A program made the translations under genes and the position numbers. The notes beneath the pieces were generated by a model. The model searched no databases. It was not told where the DNA came from and was given only the letters and a program-made list of their open reading frames with translations. From an uncultured Thermoproteaceae archaeon (GTDB taxonomy: Archaea > Thermoproteota > Thermoprotei > Thermoproteales > Thermocladiaceae): DNA of 64,000 nt. Below are positions 10,820 through 21,302 of the stretch, piece after piece (positions within the stretch are counted from its first letter, which is position 1; each line of letters starts with the position of its first letter). The stretch covers positions 160,001 to 224,000 of the forward strand of contig CAZNTG010000006.1 of the NCBI GenBank assembly GCA_964575955.1. Reading direction: 5' to 3'.

Positions 10820-11551
10820 GTGATAAACATAGAAAATGTAGATCTTGAAACTAGGATTACAATATACATAATAAATCTGGAGAAAGCTCTTGAAAAAGCT
10901 AGACAAAATATATACAATCTCGATACTAGAATTAGAGAGATTTTAGATATAGTTGAAGCATATTTAAAAGATTCTAAACACTACCTCTCAAAGAGAGACT
11001 ACATAACAGCACTATCAACAGTAGCATATGCTGAAGGTCTTCTAGATGCCTTAAGACTACTCGGATATACAGATTTCAAATGGGAAAAACCTAGCGAACT
11101 TTTTCAAAGAGCAACTACCAAAGTTTTAACAGCAGGAACGTTTGAAATACTACATCCAGGACATATATACTATCTAAAAGAAGCTTGGAAACTTGGAAGA
11201 GTCATAACTATAGTATCTAGAGATAGCACTGTGAAGAAGATAAAGAAGAGAGAACCTATTGTAAATGAAGATCAAAGACTTCAAGTAGTTTCAAGCCTAT
11301 ACTATGTACATAAAGCTAGACTAGGATATGAAGATGATATGCTTAGAGTTGTTGAAGAAGAAAGACCAAACATAATACTTCTAGGACCTGACCAACCTGT
11401 AGATGAAGATTGGTTAAAGAGAGAATTAGAGAAGAGAAATCTAAATAATGTAGAAATTGTTAGATTAAAATCAAAACTTAATAAAGATATCTACAGTACT
11501 TCAAACATAATTAAGAAGATAATAGAAAAATATGTTGGAAATACTAGATAG
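10820..11551 (+). CDS. DUF357 fused to cytidylyltransferase (FAD synthetase RibL-like)
   Basis: YAEGLLDALR (DUF357), GTFEILHPGH (HxGH motif), LGPDQ, YSTSNII. Confidence 0.85.
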   Translation: MINIENVDLETRITIYIINLEKALEKARQNIYNLDTRIREILDIVEAYLKDSKHYLSKRDYITALSTVAYAEGLLDALRLLGYTDFKWEKPSELFQRATTKVLTAGTFEILHPGHIYYLKEAWKLGRVITIVSRDSTVKKIKKREPIVNEDQRLQVVSSLYYVHKARLGYEDDMLRVVEEERPNIILLGPDQPVDEDWLKRELEKRNLNNVEIVRLKSKLNKDIYSTSNIIKKIIEKYVGNTR

Positions 11552-12137
11552 GTATTATGAAGTCAGCTATTAGAGAAATCTTCTTCCTACCTAAAAGTCC
11601 AGCTTCACTATACATATTTAACTTATCTAAATTTCTATAGAAATTCTTAACTGAAGAACCTACAATAAATCTCAACACATTACCATATATGAAATCTATA
11701 TCAACATCTCTATAGTTAGATTTAGAAATTACATATAGATTATCTGAAAATCCTAGACATACATAATCTCTAAGAACTCTAACACCTACAGGCTTTGATG
11801 ATATATTATTAATAAACTCTTCTAAATTATTATTTGACAACTCATCAACTATATCAATTTTAAATATTCTACCACATACCGAGTGTATCTTAACTATCTT
11901 GAACATGATATCTGAAATATTTGAAATCTCTGGATTAACTCTATCATAGATTTCATGTTCAGGTATCCAAAATTCATAACATTTCAATAGTTTCAAATCT
12001 CCAAGTCTAAGTATTTCTCTATAATCATACTCTTCAAATTTTCTATATGGAAATGTGTATATTAGTACTACATCTCCCCTCTTCGTTATTAACTTCTTGT
12101 AGTGTATTACTAATAGTTTTAAGATATTTTGCACCAT
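11544..12137 (-). CDS. Hypothetical protein
   Basis: 197 aa ORF tiling the gap, overlapping the upstream gene's stop. Confidence 0.6.
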   Translation of the reverse strand: MVQNILKLLVIHYKKLITKRGDVVLIYTFPYRKFEEYDYREILRLGDLKLLKCYEFWIPEHEIYDRVNPEISNISDIMFKIVKIHSVCGRIFKIDIVDELSNNNLEEFINNISSKPVGVRVLRDYVCLGFSDNLYVISKSNYRDVDIDFIYGNVLRFIVGSSVKNFYRNLDKLNMYSEAGLLGRKKISLIADFIIPI

Positions 12138-12976
12138 ATATGTGCTATTGGTCTTCTAAATTCAATAACAACTCCATCATTATCTTTCTCAACAATTCTA
12201 TTTGATAAGACTTCTATTATCTTCTCTCTAACTTCACTCTTCTCTACAGGTAATATTCTTGATAATCTTCTTTCAATAACTTCATCTATATGTTTAACTT
12301 TCACTCTACTTATTCTATAGTATATTTCAACATTTGGATATAATCCTAGACATGTCAATGTTAGGTATACCACTGTTGCAGGTTGTGGATATGTGTCTAC
12401 TATCTTGTCTGTATATACTTTTCTAACTATTTCTTCATATTCTAATGTTAGAAATCTTGTCATATCTTCAAATATGTGTATACTCTTCTTTGCAATATCT
12501 ATTATTAATTTTAATGCATTTACAATACTTTCAACCTCTAGACTATGTGAGGCAACTACGACATCTATCTTCTTTGGTATGTCTTTACCTGGTTCTAATT
12601 TTTCCCACTTACCCTCTATCACAACTATGTTTTCGTGAACTCCCTCTCTCTTCGCATATTCCTGTAGATATTCTAGAAATTTTTTACATTGATCAACTGC
12701 ATATACTTTACATCCTCTCTTAGCTAATGGTATCGTTAATCTTCCAAATCCACATCCAAGATCTATGACTGTATCTCCACTTTCTGCATCTATTTTAGAT
12801 AATTGCCATTCTGTGTATTGTCTTATATGTATGTCTTGCGTAACTCTTCTAATAAATTCATCAGCAAAGTTTGTCCAAAATTCTTCACTTGTTATATACT
12901 TTCCTAATCTTGTTGTTTCACATATTCTATACATATTCCAAGTTAATTTCCATAAATATTCACATAGTGATAGCAC
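12119..12976 (-). CDS. Class I SAM-dependent methyltransferase
   Basis: VIDLGCGFGRLT motif I, YAVD, DVVVASHSL. Confidence 0.88.
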   Translation of the reverse strand: MLSLCEYLWKLTWNMYRICETTRLGKYITSEEFWTNFADEFIRRVTQDIHIRQYTEWQLSKIDAESGDTVIDLGCGFGRLTIPLAKRGCKVYAVDQCKKFLEYLQEYAKREGVHENIVVIEGKWEKLEPGKDIPKKIDVVVASHSLEVESIVNALKLIIDIAKKSIHIFEDMTRFLTLEYEEIVRKVYTDKIVDTYPQPATVVYLTLTCLGLYPNVEIYYRISRVKVKHIDEVIERRLSRILPVEKSEVREKIIEVLSNRIVEKDNDGVVIEFRRPIAHIWCKIS

Positions 12977-13083
12977 AGTACGATATTGTATATATGTTAT
13001 TTTTAAAATTAGTATGGTATCTTATAGTAGAGTAAGGTTTATAAATACATGTATTAGACATGTTGTAAGCATTAGGTGATGAC

Positions 13084-13596
13084 ATGAAAATACCGTTCTG
13101 TACCTTCTGTGTGAAGACGAGAGTATTTTGTGCTAGATGTCAGCAGTTACTTGACTCTCAACAGTATGATATGATTGATGTCGATGTTATAAATGCTCTA
13201 TTAAGTGTTAAGCAGAAGTTTGATGAATATTTGAGAAATGTTGAATATGTAAAATCTTACGATGCTGATGATACTGTAGTTGTTGTTCTTAGAGGTATAA
13301 AATCGATTCCTAGAAATGTAATTAAAGATCTTGAGATAGCACTTGAACAACAGCTTAATAAGAAGGTTAGAATTGTTGAGAAGTCTAGCAATATTAGTGA
13401 ACTTGCATCACAATTAGCACAACCTGCAAGAATACTCACAGTTGCTATATCTTGGCTACCTGATGGTACTAGTGAGGCTGTTGTTAAGATTCCTAGATGG
13501 GAAGCTAGAAGACTACCATTAAGACCTGAAGAATTTGCTAAGATACTCAGCATGATTACAGGTACTAGTGTTAGAGTGGAAGTTGCTAAATATTGA
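13084..13596 (+). CDS. NusA-like transcription elongation factor (archaeal NusA2 type)
   Basis: MKIPFCTFCVKTRVFCARCQ N-terminal Cys cluster followed by a KH-like region (KKVRIVE, WLPDG). Confidence 0.8.
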   Translation: MKIPFCTFCVKTRVFCARCQQLLDSQQYDMIDVDVINALLSVKQKFDEYLRNVEYVKSYDADDTVVVVLRGIKSIPRNVIKDLEIALEQQLNKKVRIVEKSSNISELASQLAQPARILTVAISWLPDGTSEAVVKIPRWEARRLPLRPEEFAKILSMITGTSVRVEVAKY

Positions 13597-13649
13597 ACAT
13601 ATTTCTCACACATCACGTCTTATAAACCCCTAACTATGTCTTCATTCTT

Positions 13650-14951
13650 GTGAAATTTCCTAGAAAAACACACTGGACTAAGGATATAAAGCCTGAACTT
13701 GACGGTCAGGAAGTTACTGTATGTGGATGGGTTTGGGAAATACGTGATATTGGTAAGATAAAGTTTCTAGTATTGAGAGATAGAGAAGGTTTTATACAGA
13801 TAACAGCTAAGAGAGGTGAAGTTCCTGAAGAAGTTCTTGAAATTATTAAGAAATTGAAGAAGGAAGACGTAATTGCTGTACAGGGTAGAGTAAAAGCTAG
13901 CAAAATTGCGAAAGCAGGTGTTGAAATTATTCCAAGTAAGATAGAAATTTTGAATAGTGTAAAGATGATGCCATTAGATATATGGGGTGAAGTTGAGTCT
14001 GAACTAGGTACAAGGCTTAGATATAGAGCTGCAGATTTGAAAAGACCTGAAAATCTTGCAATATTCAAAATATCTAGTACAGTTGTTAAAGCTATAAGAG
14101 AGACATTTTATAAACATAGATTTATTGAAGTATTTACACCAAAGATAATAGTAACATGTACTGAAGGTGGTGCAGATCTATTTGAAGTTACATATTTTGA
14201 ACATAGAGCATATCTAGCACAGAGTCCACAACTCTATAAAGAGCAGTTAACAGCATCATTAGAGAGAGTTTTTGAAATTGGACCAGCATTTAGAGCTGAG
14301 AAGCATAATACTAACTATCATCTTAACGAGTTTATCTCTGTTGATGCTGAAGCAGCATTTATGGATTATATGGACATTATGAATGTTCTTGATGATATTA
14401 TCTGTAGTGTATATGACACAGTCAGGAAGGTGCATGATGAAGAATTGAAAATTTTGAAAGTTGATCTTCCACAGCTCAAAAAGCCGTTCAGAAAGATAAC
14501 ATATGATGAAGCTATAGACATGTTAAAGAAGAGAGGTCTAGATGTTAAATATGGTGAAGATATACCACATATAGGTCTTGAAGTACTATATGAAGAAATT
14601 GGAGAACCATTCTACATAATTGACTGGCCTACAGATATAAGACCATTCTACACAATGCCTAAAGAAGATGATGAAAGTAAAAGCGAGTCATTTGACCTTG
14701 TAATTGGTGGTCTTGAGATAGCTTCAGGAAGTACTAGAATTCACAAACGTGAAATGCTTGAAGAAGCACTTAGAAAACGTGGTCTAGATCCATCAGCATT
14801 TCAATATCATCTAGAAGTGTATGATTGGGGTATGCCACCACATGCAGGTTTTGGACTTGGGTTATATAGACTGCTGATGGTTATGCTAAATAGAAAGAAT
14901 ATTAGAGAAGTAGTACTATATCCAAGAGATAGATTTAGACTTATACCATGA
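13650..14951 (+). CDS. aspS: Aspartyl-tRNA synthetase, likely discriminating type
   Basis: OB-fold GWVWEIRDIG (W) and AKAG (K) discriminating-type residues; YLAQSPQLYK, FRAE, GMPPHAGFGLG, YPRD. Confidence 0.95.
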   Translation: MKFPRKTHWTKDIKPELDGQEVTVCGWVWEIRDIGKIKFLVLRDREGFIQITAKRGEVPEEVLEIIKKLKKEDVIAVQGRVKASKIAKAGVEIIPSKIEILNSVKMMPLDIWGEVESELGTRLRYRAADLKRPENLAIFKISSTVVKAIRETFYKHRFIEVFTPKIIVTCTEGGADLFEVTYFEHRAYLAQSPQLYKEQLTASLERVFEIGPAFRAEKHNTNYHLNEFISVDAEAAFMDYMDIMNVLDDIICSVYDTVRKVHDEELKILKVDLPQLKKPFRKITYDEAIDMLKKRGLDVKYGEDIPHIGLEVLYEEIGEPFYIIDWPTDIRPFYTMPKEDDESKSESFDLVIGGLEIASGSTRIHKREMLEEALRKRGLDPSAFQYHLEVYDWGMPPHAGFGLGLYRLLMVMLNRKNIREVVLYPRDRFRLIP

Positions 14952-15472
14952 AGAGAGATAGAGAGAGAACACTACACATAGTGTATAGAGAGAATAATCA
15001 TGTAGTTATTAGAGGAAGTAGAGATATTATAGATTCACTATATGAGCATGGTATTGGTGAGAAGATTAGTATAGATAAATTGAAAGTTTCAAACATAGAG
15101 TTAGCATATCTATCTACTAGATTTTCAATAGTTGAAAATAATAATAAGATAGATATTGGAGATATATTGAAAAATGTTGAAGATATGTTAAGATTTATAG
15201 TATATCTAGACTTGAGAAAGAGAGGTTATGATGTTAAATTAACATCAAAAGATTCACCAATAGATCTACTCGTATGGGAGAAAGGTAAGAGACCTATAAA
15301 GACACAGCCTAGGTATGGTGTTAAGATCGTGACAGAGGGTTTGGGTATTAGAGTTCTAGATTTATCATCAGTCTTAAAATATTGTGAATCTATGGGTCTA
15401 CAACTAGTCTTAGCATTAGTAAGTAATGATGGTGTAATTACCTACTACAAGGCTTTCAGTTTAAAAAGCTAA
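14948..15472 (+). CDS. tRNA splicing endonuclease subunit (likely non-catalytic structural subunit)
   Basis: VYLDLRKRGY, LALVSNDGVITYY; the catalytic KFG/H motifs are absent. Confidence 0.75.
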   Translation: MKRDRERTLHIVYRENNHVVIRGSRDIIDSLYEHGIGEKISIDKLKVSNIELAYLSTRFSIVENNNKIDIGDILKNVEDMLRFIVYLDLRKRGYDVKLTSKDSPIDLLVWEKGKRPIKTQPRYGVKIVTEGLGIRVLDLSSVLKYCESMGLQLVLALVSNDGVITYYKAFSLKS

Positions 15473-15517
15473 CAACTTTACTAACAAGATTTTTATAGTT
15501 CTACATATTCAACAAGT

Positions 15518-16264
15518 TTGATGAAGAGATGTTGTATTGTAATGCTTAGTGGTGGTTTAGACTCTAGCACATTACTATGGAAAGCATATAGAGAACTTGA
15601 TGCTGATCTATATGCAATAACGTTCATATATTGTCAAAAGCATTCTAGAGAAGTTGAATGTGCTAAAAAGCTTGCAGAGATGGTTGGAGTTATTGAGCAT
15701 AGAATTGTAGATCTTAGATATATATCATGGATATTTCATGCATCTAGATTAGTTGAAGGTGGTGTAACAATTACAGATCTCACAAAGGTTAGTCTGGACT
15801 ATGTACCACAGAGAAATATAGTATTTCTAAGCTTGACAGCAGCATGGCTAGAAACGTTACTATTAGAGAGGAAGTATAGTGAAGGTATTATTGCAATAGC
15901 AGTACATAGATACGACCCTGAAACAGGTTATCCAGATACAAGACCTGAATTTCTAAAAGCTGTAGAAGAGGCATTAAGACTTGGAAGTGCTGCAGTTACA
16001 GAAGGAAAGGCAAGTATTAGAATTTGGGCACCATTCTCAGATAAGACAAAGATAGACATAGTTAAAGAAGGTATTAAACTAGGAGTACCATACGAACATA
16101 CTTGGAGTTGTTATAAAGGTGAAGAGAATCCTTGTGGAGAATGTCTATCATGTACATTAAGATTGAGAGCATTTATGGAGGCAGGAAAGCCAGACCCATT
16201 AACAGACAGATACATGAAACTTCCAGAATGGTATAGAGAATGGTTAAGCAAGATTAGGCAATAA
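15518..16264 (+). CDS. queC: 7-cyano-7-deazaguanine synthase
   Basis: SGGLDS, VPQRN, GYPDTRPEF, TWSCY...CGECLSC. Confidence 0.93.
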   Translation: MMKRCCIVMLSGGLDSSTLLWKAYRELDADLYAITFIYCQKHSREVECAKKLAEMVGVIEHRIVDLRYISWIFHASRLVEGGVTITDLTKVSLDYVPQRNIVFLSLTAAWLETLLLERKYSEGIIAIAVHRYDPETGYPDTRPEFLKAVEEALRLGSAAVTEGKASIRIWAPFSDKTKIDIVKEGIKLGVPYEHTWSCYKGEENPCGECLSCTLRLRAFMEAGKPDPLTDRYMKLPEWYREWLSKIRQ

Positions 16265-16975
16265 TCATCGAAAACCTACGATATATTGCAATCTTGGAGA
16301 TATAGAATATCCATATCTGAGAGCTAAGGTATAGACAATCTTCATCTTCTTAACACAATCATCAAAATTTGAACATTGAGGCATTAAATATACATTCTCA
16401 TTGTTAATATTAAACTCTCTAACAATACTATTAACCTCATAAATATCTTCATAATTTTCAATAACAAATTTAAAAAATATTCTACATCTATAAGATCTAA
16501 TTATATACCTATATTTTTCACATATCTTCCTAATATCTTTAGGATTTTTACTATTCTCAAGTTTTGGAGATACTACAATATAATCAACATAGTCTAATAA
16601 ATCTTCAGGATCTATAGTACCGTTAGTCTCTAGCTGTATTGTGAAGTAGTTTCTAACCATGGGTAGGAGTTCTTTTAAAGAATCTTTCTGTAGTAGAGGT
16701 TCACCTCCTGTAATTACTAGAAGTGGCTTATCTTGACATGTACTTTCTCTAAGTTTCAACAACATCTTAAATACTTTAGATATATCTAAAACATACTTAG
16801 GATAGTGTGCATACTTTGTATCACACCAAACACATCTCAAATTACATCCTGATAATCTTAAAAATATTGCTAATCTACCAATGAGAGGTCCCTCACCTTG
16901 AAATGATTTAAATATTTCAGATATCTTTAAAACCTTAGACATCCTATATAAGACCCTTATGAATTGCTGTTCCAA
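16265..16975 (-). CDS. queE: 7-carboxy-7-deazaguanine synthase (radical SAM)
   Basis: SFQGEG, RLSGCNLRCVWCDT, ITGGEPL, ETNGT, VSPK; adjacent to queC. Confidence 0.92.
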   Translation of the reverse strand: MEQQFIRVLYRMSKVLKISEIFKSFQGEGPLIGRLAIFLRLSGCNLRCVWCDTKYAHYPKYVLDISKVFKMLLKLRESTCQDKPLLVITGGEPLLQKDSLKELLPMVRNYFTIQLETNGTIDPEDLLDYVDYIVVSPKLENSKNPKDIRKICEKYRYIIRSYRCRIFFKFVIENYEDIYEVNSIVREFNINNENVYLMPQCSNFDDCVKKMKIVYTLALRYGYSISPRLQYIVGFR

Positions 16976-17636
16976 CTATAACACCATTTATACCAACACT
17001 ACATAGCTTATCTAAATCTTTAAAATCTCTAACACCACCACCATAGATTATGTCTTTTACATTAATTTGTCTTAATTTTAAAACAATATTTCTAACTTTC
17101 TCAATATCTATACCACTTAAAGTTCCAACTCTCTCTAAATCTAAAATTAATACTCTCTCAGGAACTATGTTGTATGTATGTAGTATGTGTAGAAAATCTA
17201 TATAATTTACATATCTATCTCTAAATTTTACATAATTACCAAACATATCCATACTTATAGTCCTCCTATCTAGTAGATATATCTCATTTGATGATACATA
17301 CTCAGTACCAATCACAGGTATGATATTTCTATACATATGCTCTATCTGAAGACCTCTTCTACCAATATCAATATATACTCTATCATACATGTCTAAAAAT
17401 TCTATATATCTCTTCACAAAGTCTATATTATGATATTCCTCTATCGAGTCTATATCTGCAATATATATTTCTCTAAATCCTAGATTTCTAAATGATATTA
17501 ATGCTAGCTCTACTGATGGATTTGCTATAACTCTACTATCATACATAGGTCTATAGATTTCCCTCTGTCCAGATATTGCCTGTACAACTTCCAAATTCTT
17601 AACATCTAATACAGGTATTATACGAATACTACACAT
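16944..17636 (-). CDS. HisA/HisF-related TIM barrel (C1-cofactor-associated type)
   Basis: IIPVLD, VVQAISGQREIYRP, IYIADID, LDLERVGT, YGGGVR, VGTAIHKG. Confidence 0.8.
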   Translation of the reverse strand: MCSIRIIPVLDVKNLEVVQAISGQREIYRPMYDSRVIANPSVELALISFRNLGFREIYIADIDSIEEYHNIDFVKRYIEFLDMYDRVYIDIGRRGLQIEHMYRNIIPVIGTEYVSSNEIYLLDRRTISMDMFGNYVKFRDRYVNYIDFLHILHTYNIVPERVLILDLERVGTLSGIDIEKVRNIVLKLRQINVKDIIYGGGVRDFKDLDKLCSVGINGVIVGTAIHKGLI

Positions 17637-17688
17637 AGCATCTAGAATTGTTAGAAAATCTAAAGTTCTTTACTATATTTTGTAGAGT

Positions 17689-18759
17689 ATGCGAATACTT
17701 GGTGTTGATGTTGGTGGTGCTAATATGAAGATTGTAATTGTAAAATTCTACTCTAAATATCACGAAGTTGAGGAAGTTATTAGAGAATACTTTCCACTAT
17801 GGAAGAGAGGTAGAGAAGGATTAGAGAATTATATTAAAAATATGGCTGAAAAATTTAGGAATATTGATGGTATATCTATATGTATGACAGCTGAACTATG
17901 TGATATATATTCATCAAAATCTGAAGGTGTTAAACATGTAGTTGAGTGCTTTTTAAAATATTTTAAACATGTTAAACATATGAAATTCATAACATGTAAT
18001 CTAGAGCTTGTAGATTATGATTATGCAATTAAAAATCCACTAGAAATAGCAGCTGCTAATTGGGCTGCAAGTGCATGGTTGATATCTAAACTTGTTAAAG
18101 ATTGTATATTTGCAGATATTGGAAGTACAACTACAACGATAATTCCTGTTGTAGATCATAAACCCATAATATGTGGTAAGAACGATCCTGAAAAATTAAC
18201 ATGTGGAGAACTTGCATATATTGGAACTCTAAGAACTTCAGTATCTGAAATTGTTAGATATCTACCATATAAGGGAGCTAGGGCTGAGATATGTAGAGAA
18301 TATTTTGCAACTATGGCAGATGTAAATCTAGTTCTAGGAAACATAACTGAGAAGGACTATGTAATAGATACAGCTGATGGTAGAGGTAAGTCTGTGCTAG
18401 AATCTGCTATTAGAATTGCTAGGACAGTATGTTCAAGTCTTGAACTTATGAATATCGAAGAAATTATAGAAATTGCAAGATATGTATATAATGAGGCTAT
18501 TAATAGAATTGTAGAATCATTAATACTCGTTAGAAGTAGAATTGCAAATATTGTAAAAAACTTAAGAGAAATTCCACTAATAACAGCAGGTATAGGAGAA
18601 TTTATGCTTAGAGATGCTGGAATTAGAGCTGGTTTTTCAAAAATTATAAGTGTTGATGATATAGTTAAACAGAGGTTCAAAATTGCACCTGTATTTCCAT
18701 CATACGCAGCTGCAGTAATGCTATACAATTATTTAGAGTCTACCAAGAGTTCTCAATAA
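17689..18759 (+). CDS. mfnF: Hydantoinase/oxoprolinase-family methanofuran biosynthesis enzyme
   Basis: GVDVGGANMK, YFPLWK, MTAELCD, AAANW, DIGSTTT, EYFATMAD, TADGRGKS. Confidence 0.8.
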   Translation: MRILGVDVGGANMKIVIVKFYSKYHEVEEVIREYFPLWKRGREGLENYIKNMAEKFRNIDGISICMTAELCDIYSSKSEGVKHVVECFLKYFKHVKHMKFITCNLELVDYDYAIKNPLEIAAANWAASAWLISKLVKDCIFADIGSTTTTIIPVVDHKPIICGKNDPEKLTCGELAYIGTLRTSVSEIVRYLPYKGARAEICREYFATMADVNLVLGNITEKDYVIDTADGRGKSVLESAIRIARTVCSSLELMNIEEIIEIARYVYNEAINRIVESLILVRSRIANIVKNLREIPLITAGIGEFMLRDAGIRAGFSKIISVDDIVKQRFKIAPVFPSYAAAVMLYNYLESTKSSQ

Positions 18760-19431
18760 AGTTATTAACAATTTCTCACTAATAATACTATTGCGAGATT
18801 TATCACATATACAAGATCTCAAACCTATAATATCAGGTCTTACATAATTTAACAAAGTTTTAATACTATCAAAATTTAGCTTACCTGCAAGTGCAATCTT
18901 GATATTATTAATATGGCAAAGTTCAACAATTTTACATAGATTATCTATACCTAAAATATCTACTATAGATTTATTATAATTTTTAAACTTAGTATCAATC
19001 ATAAATATCTCAATATCATATCTTCTACATATATCTAACATGTTTATAATATCATCAATAGAGTGATAGTCTCCAAAACATGCTATAACAAGCTTCGAGT
19101 TATTACATAGATTCCTGATGTTTTTAACTATATTTTCGATACTTTCAATATCTCTTGTGAATAGTCCAACCTTTATGTAATTAACATTAATACTATCTAA
19201 ATATTCTATAAGAAATTTTATACAAGATATGTAGTTTGTTATATCTCCTATTGGAATACTTATTTCAAATTTCCTTCTCTCTAATACGTATCTAACTAGT
19301 CTTAATGATGGACAGCCTAGCGATTCTCCACATTCAACATCTTTCAAATCTACAATATCTATAAAATTTCTATATTTGAGAAGTAGATCATACTCTTCAG
19401 GATATGCAATTGATATTAGTAGTTTACACAT
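18733..19431 (-). CDS. mfnB: 4-HFC-P synthase-like ((5-formylfuran-3-yl)methyl phosphate synthase, DUF556)
   Basis: LLIS, DIVDLK..SLG, YIKVGL, MIDTKFK, ALAGKL, PDIIGLR; divergent but the Asp/Lys motif positions are kept. Confidence 0.75.
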   Translation of the reverse strand: MCKLLISIAYPEEYDLLLKYRNFIDIVDLKDVECGESLGCPSLRLVRYVLERRKFEISIPIGDITNYISCIKFLIEYLDSINVNYIKVGLFTRDIESIENIVKNIRNLCNNSKLVIACFGDYHSIDDIINMLDICRRYDIEIFMIDTKFKNYNKSIVDILGIDNLCKIVELCHINNIKIALAGKLNFDSIKTLLNYVRPDIIGLRSCICDKSRNSIISEKLLITLLRTLGRL

Positions 19432-19522
19432 ATGTATGTTAGAGATCTTTTGATAAATTTAAGGTTGCTACATGTAGTAATGATAGGAAAAACCTATATA
19501 GTACGTAGTACTGCTAGACTTA

Positions 19523-19568
19523 GTGATGAAGCTCCTACCTCCGAGTGATGCGGAGAAAGATCTACTGA
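19523..19568 (+). ncRNA. C/D box guide sRNA
   Basis: GTGATGA - AGCTCCTACCT - CCGA - GTGATGC - GGAGAAAGATCTA - CTGA; TATA-like TATATA ~23 nt upstream. Confidence 0.75.
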
Positions 19569-19633
19569 TTCAAATGCTTAGAGAAAGACTTATCTCATTC
19601 CAAAACCATCTAGTAATCGTATAGATAATTTTT

Positions 19634-19683
19634 ATGATGAATGCCGAGTTCGCTGCTTTAATGATGATAAGGCACCTCTCTGA
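19634..19683 (+). ncRNA. C/D box guide sRNA
   Basis: ATGATGA - ATGCCGAGTTCG - CTGC - TTTA - ATGATGA - TAAGGCACCTCT - CTGA. Confidence 0.8.
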
Positions 19684-19686
19684 TAA

Positions 19687-20142
19687 TTACGCTGTTACTC
19701 TTATCTGTGGTCTATAAATCTCTGCTTCTTCCTCTTCTGTAAGTTGTGCTATTTTCTCAAGATTTTCTAAAGCAATTTCAATATCTACAATATCTCTAAT
19801 AGATATGACTCCTATAGGTTTTGAATTATCATCAACAACAACGAGATGTCTAATTCCATACTTACGCATTAGATATGCTGCTTTAGATACAGGATCCTTA
19901 TAGTGTACTGTAATTATGTTCTTTCTAGCAACATCACCAACCTTAGTATTATCAGGATCTGCACCTTCTGCAAGTAGTCTAGCAATATCACGTTCAGATA
20001 TTACACCTACAAGATTTCCATCTTTATCAACAACTACTAGAAAACCTACATCTTCCTTCTCCATCAATTTCGCAGCTTCTCTAATGTTTGCATCTTTTTC
20101 GACTGTTACTAGAGGCCTTTTCAGCAATGCACGAATTTCCAT
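19687..20142 (-). CDS. CBS domain protein
   Basis: Two CBS motifs (LVVVD...GVISERDI; IRHLVVVD...GVISIRDI). Confidence 0.92.
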   Translation of the reverse strand: MEIRALLKRPLVTVEKDANIREAAKLMEKEDVGFLVVVDKDGNLVGVISERDIARLLAEGADPDNTKVGDVARKNIITVHYKDPVSKAAYLMRKYGIRHLVVVDDNSKPIGVISIRDIVDIEIALENLEKIAQLTEEEEAEIYRPQIRVTA

Positions 20143-20234
20143 GAGAAGAAAAGTGACATATGTAGTTTATAAATATTCCGCATCACGACACAACTTATAG
20201 ATTTGTAGAACATTTATTAAAGAGACGAAAAAGC

Positions 20235-21302
20235 ATGGAGTTGAGAGGTAAAGAAGGCAGTGACGCATTTCTAGATAGAGACTATTTTGAGACAATAACA
20301 GGATACATATTCTGCGTAGTTGGAGAACAACATCCGAAAGATAGAGTAACATCATATCTAAAATATATACCAACTAGAGATCAAACATTATGGAGTAGAG
20401 ACTCCATAAACTATTATAGAATAATGAAAACATACGGTGCATCTCAATATGAAAATGTTATGAAATATCTAGAACATACATGCAGGGAATATGTTAGATA
20501 TGACCCATATATGAATATTAAGTTAATACAAGTACCAATAAGAGATATAAAAATACATTACAAACCTGAAGTTAGAATATTAGAGATATTGAAAGAACCA
20601 AAAGATAAACTTGAACATATATGCAAAGACATTATACAGATATTATCAGACTATTCTAATGTTAATGTAGAATACTTCGGTATTACTGGTTCATTATTAT
20701 TAAAGATTCACAATATTGAGAAATCAGATATAGATATCTTAGTATACTCTAAGAAGAATGTATATAAAATTCTCGATGCTATAGACTATCTAATTGAGAA
20801 GGACTATATTAAGTTTAATAAAGATGTAGTAGAGATGTGTGTTAGAGATGTTTCTAAATACTTAAGAGGTCTAGATTATGAATATCTTGTATATATAGTT
20901 AAGAGAAGGAGAGGTAGATTGATGTTTAGAGATAAGATATTTTCTATAAATTTTGTTAGAACATTCTATGAGAGATATGAGAGGTATGGAGAGTATATAT
21001 ACTATAAATTATATCCTGTAAAGTTTAAAGCTAAAGTTGTAGATATTTCAGAATCATATTTTAATCCTGCTGTATATATTATAGATGATGTTAGACCTAT
21101 CGATCCATTGAATATTCCTAATGTTAGTGAAGTTGTATGTTTTGAAAATATATTCTCAGGAATTGTTAAAGAGAATGAGGAAGTTGTGGTTTATGGTATG
21201 CTTGAACGTAAGATATCAACATTAACTGGAGAGGTCTCTTACAGGGTTGTTGTTGGTAGTATTGAGTTGAAAGGTTTTGACTATATACTACCAACTAGCT
21301 AG
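20235..21302 (+). CDS. Nucleotidyltransferase-domain protein (COG1665-like)
   Basis: GITGSLL...SDIDIL pol-beta-superfamily motif; DRDYFET/HPKDRV N-terminus. Confidence 0.75.
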   Translation: MELRGKEGSDAFLDRDYFETITGYIFCVVGEQHPKDRVTSYLKYIPTRDQTLWSRDSINYYRIMKTYGASQYENVMKYLEHTCREYVRYDPYMNIKLIQVPIRDIKIHYKPEVRILEILKEPKDKLEHICKDIIQILSDYSNVNVEYFGITGSLLLKIHNIEKSDIDILVYSKKNVYKILDAIDYLIEKDYIKFNKDVVEMCVRDVSKYLRGLDYEYLVYIVKRRRGRLMFRDKIFSINFVRTFYERYERYGEYIYYKLYPVKFKAKVVDISESYFNPAVYIIDDVRPIDPLNIPNVSEVVCFENIFSGIVKENEEVVVYGMLERKISTLTGEVSYRVVVGSIELKGFDYILPTS

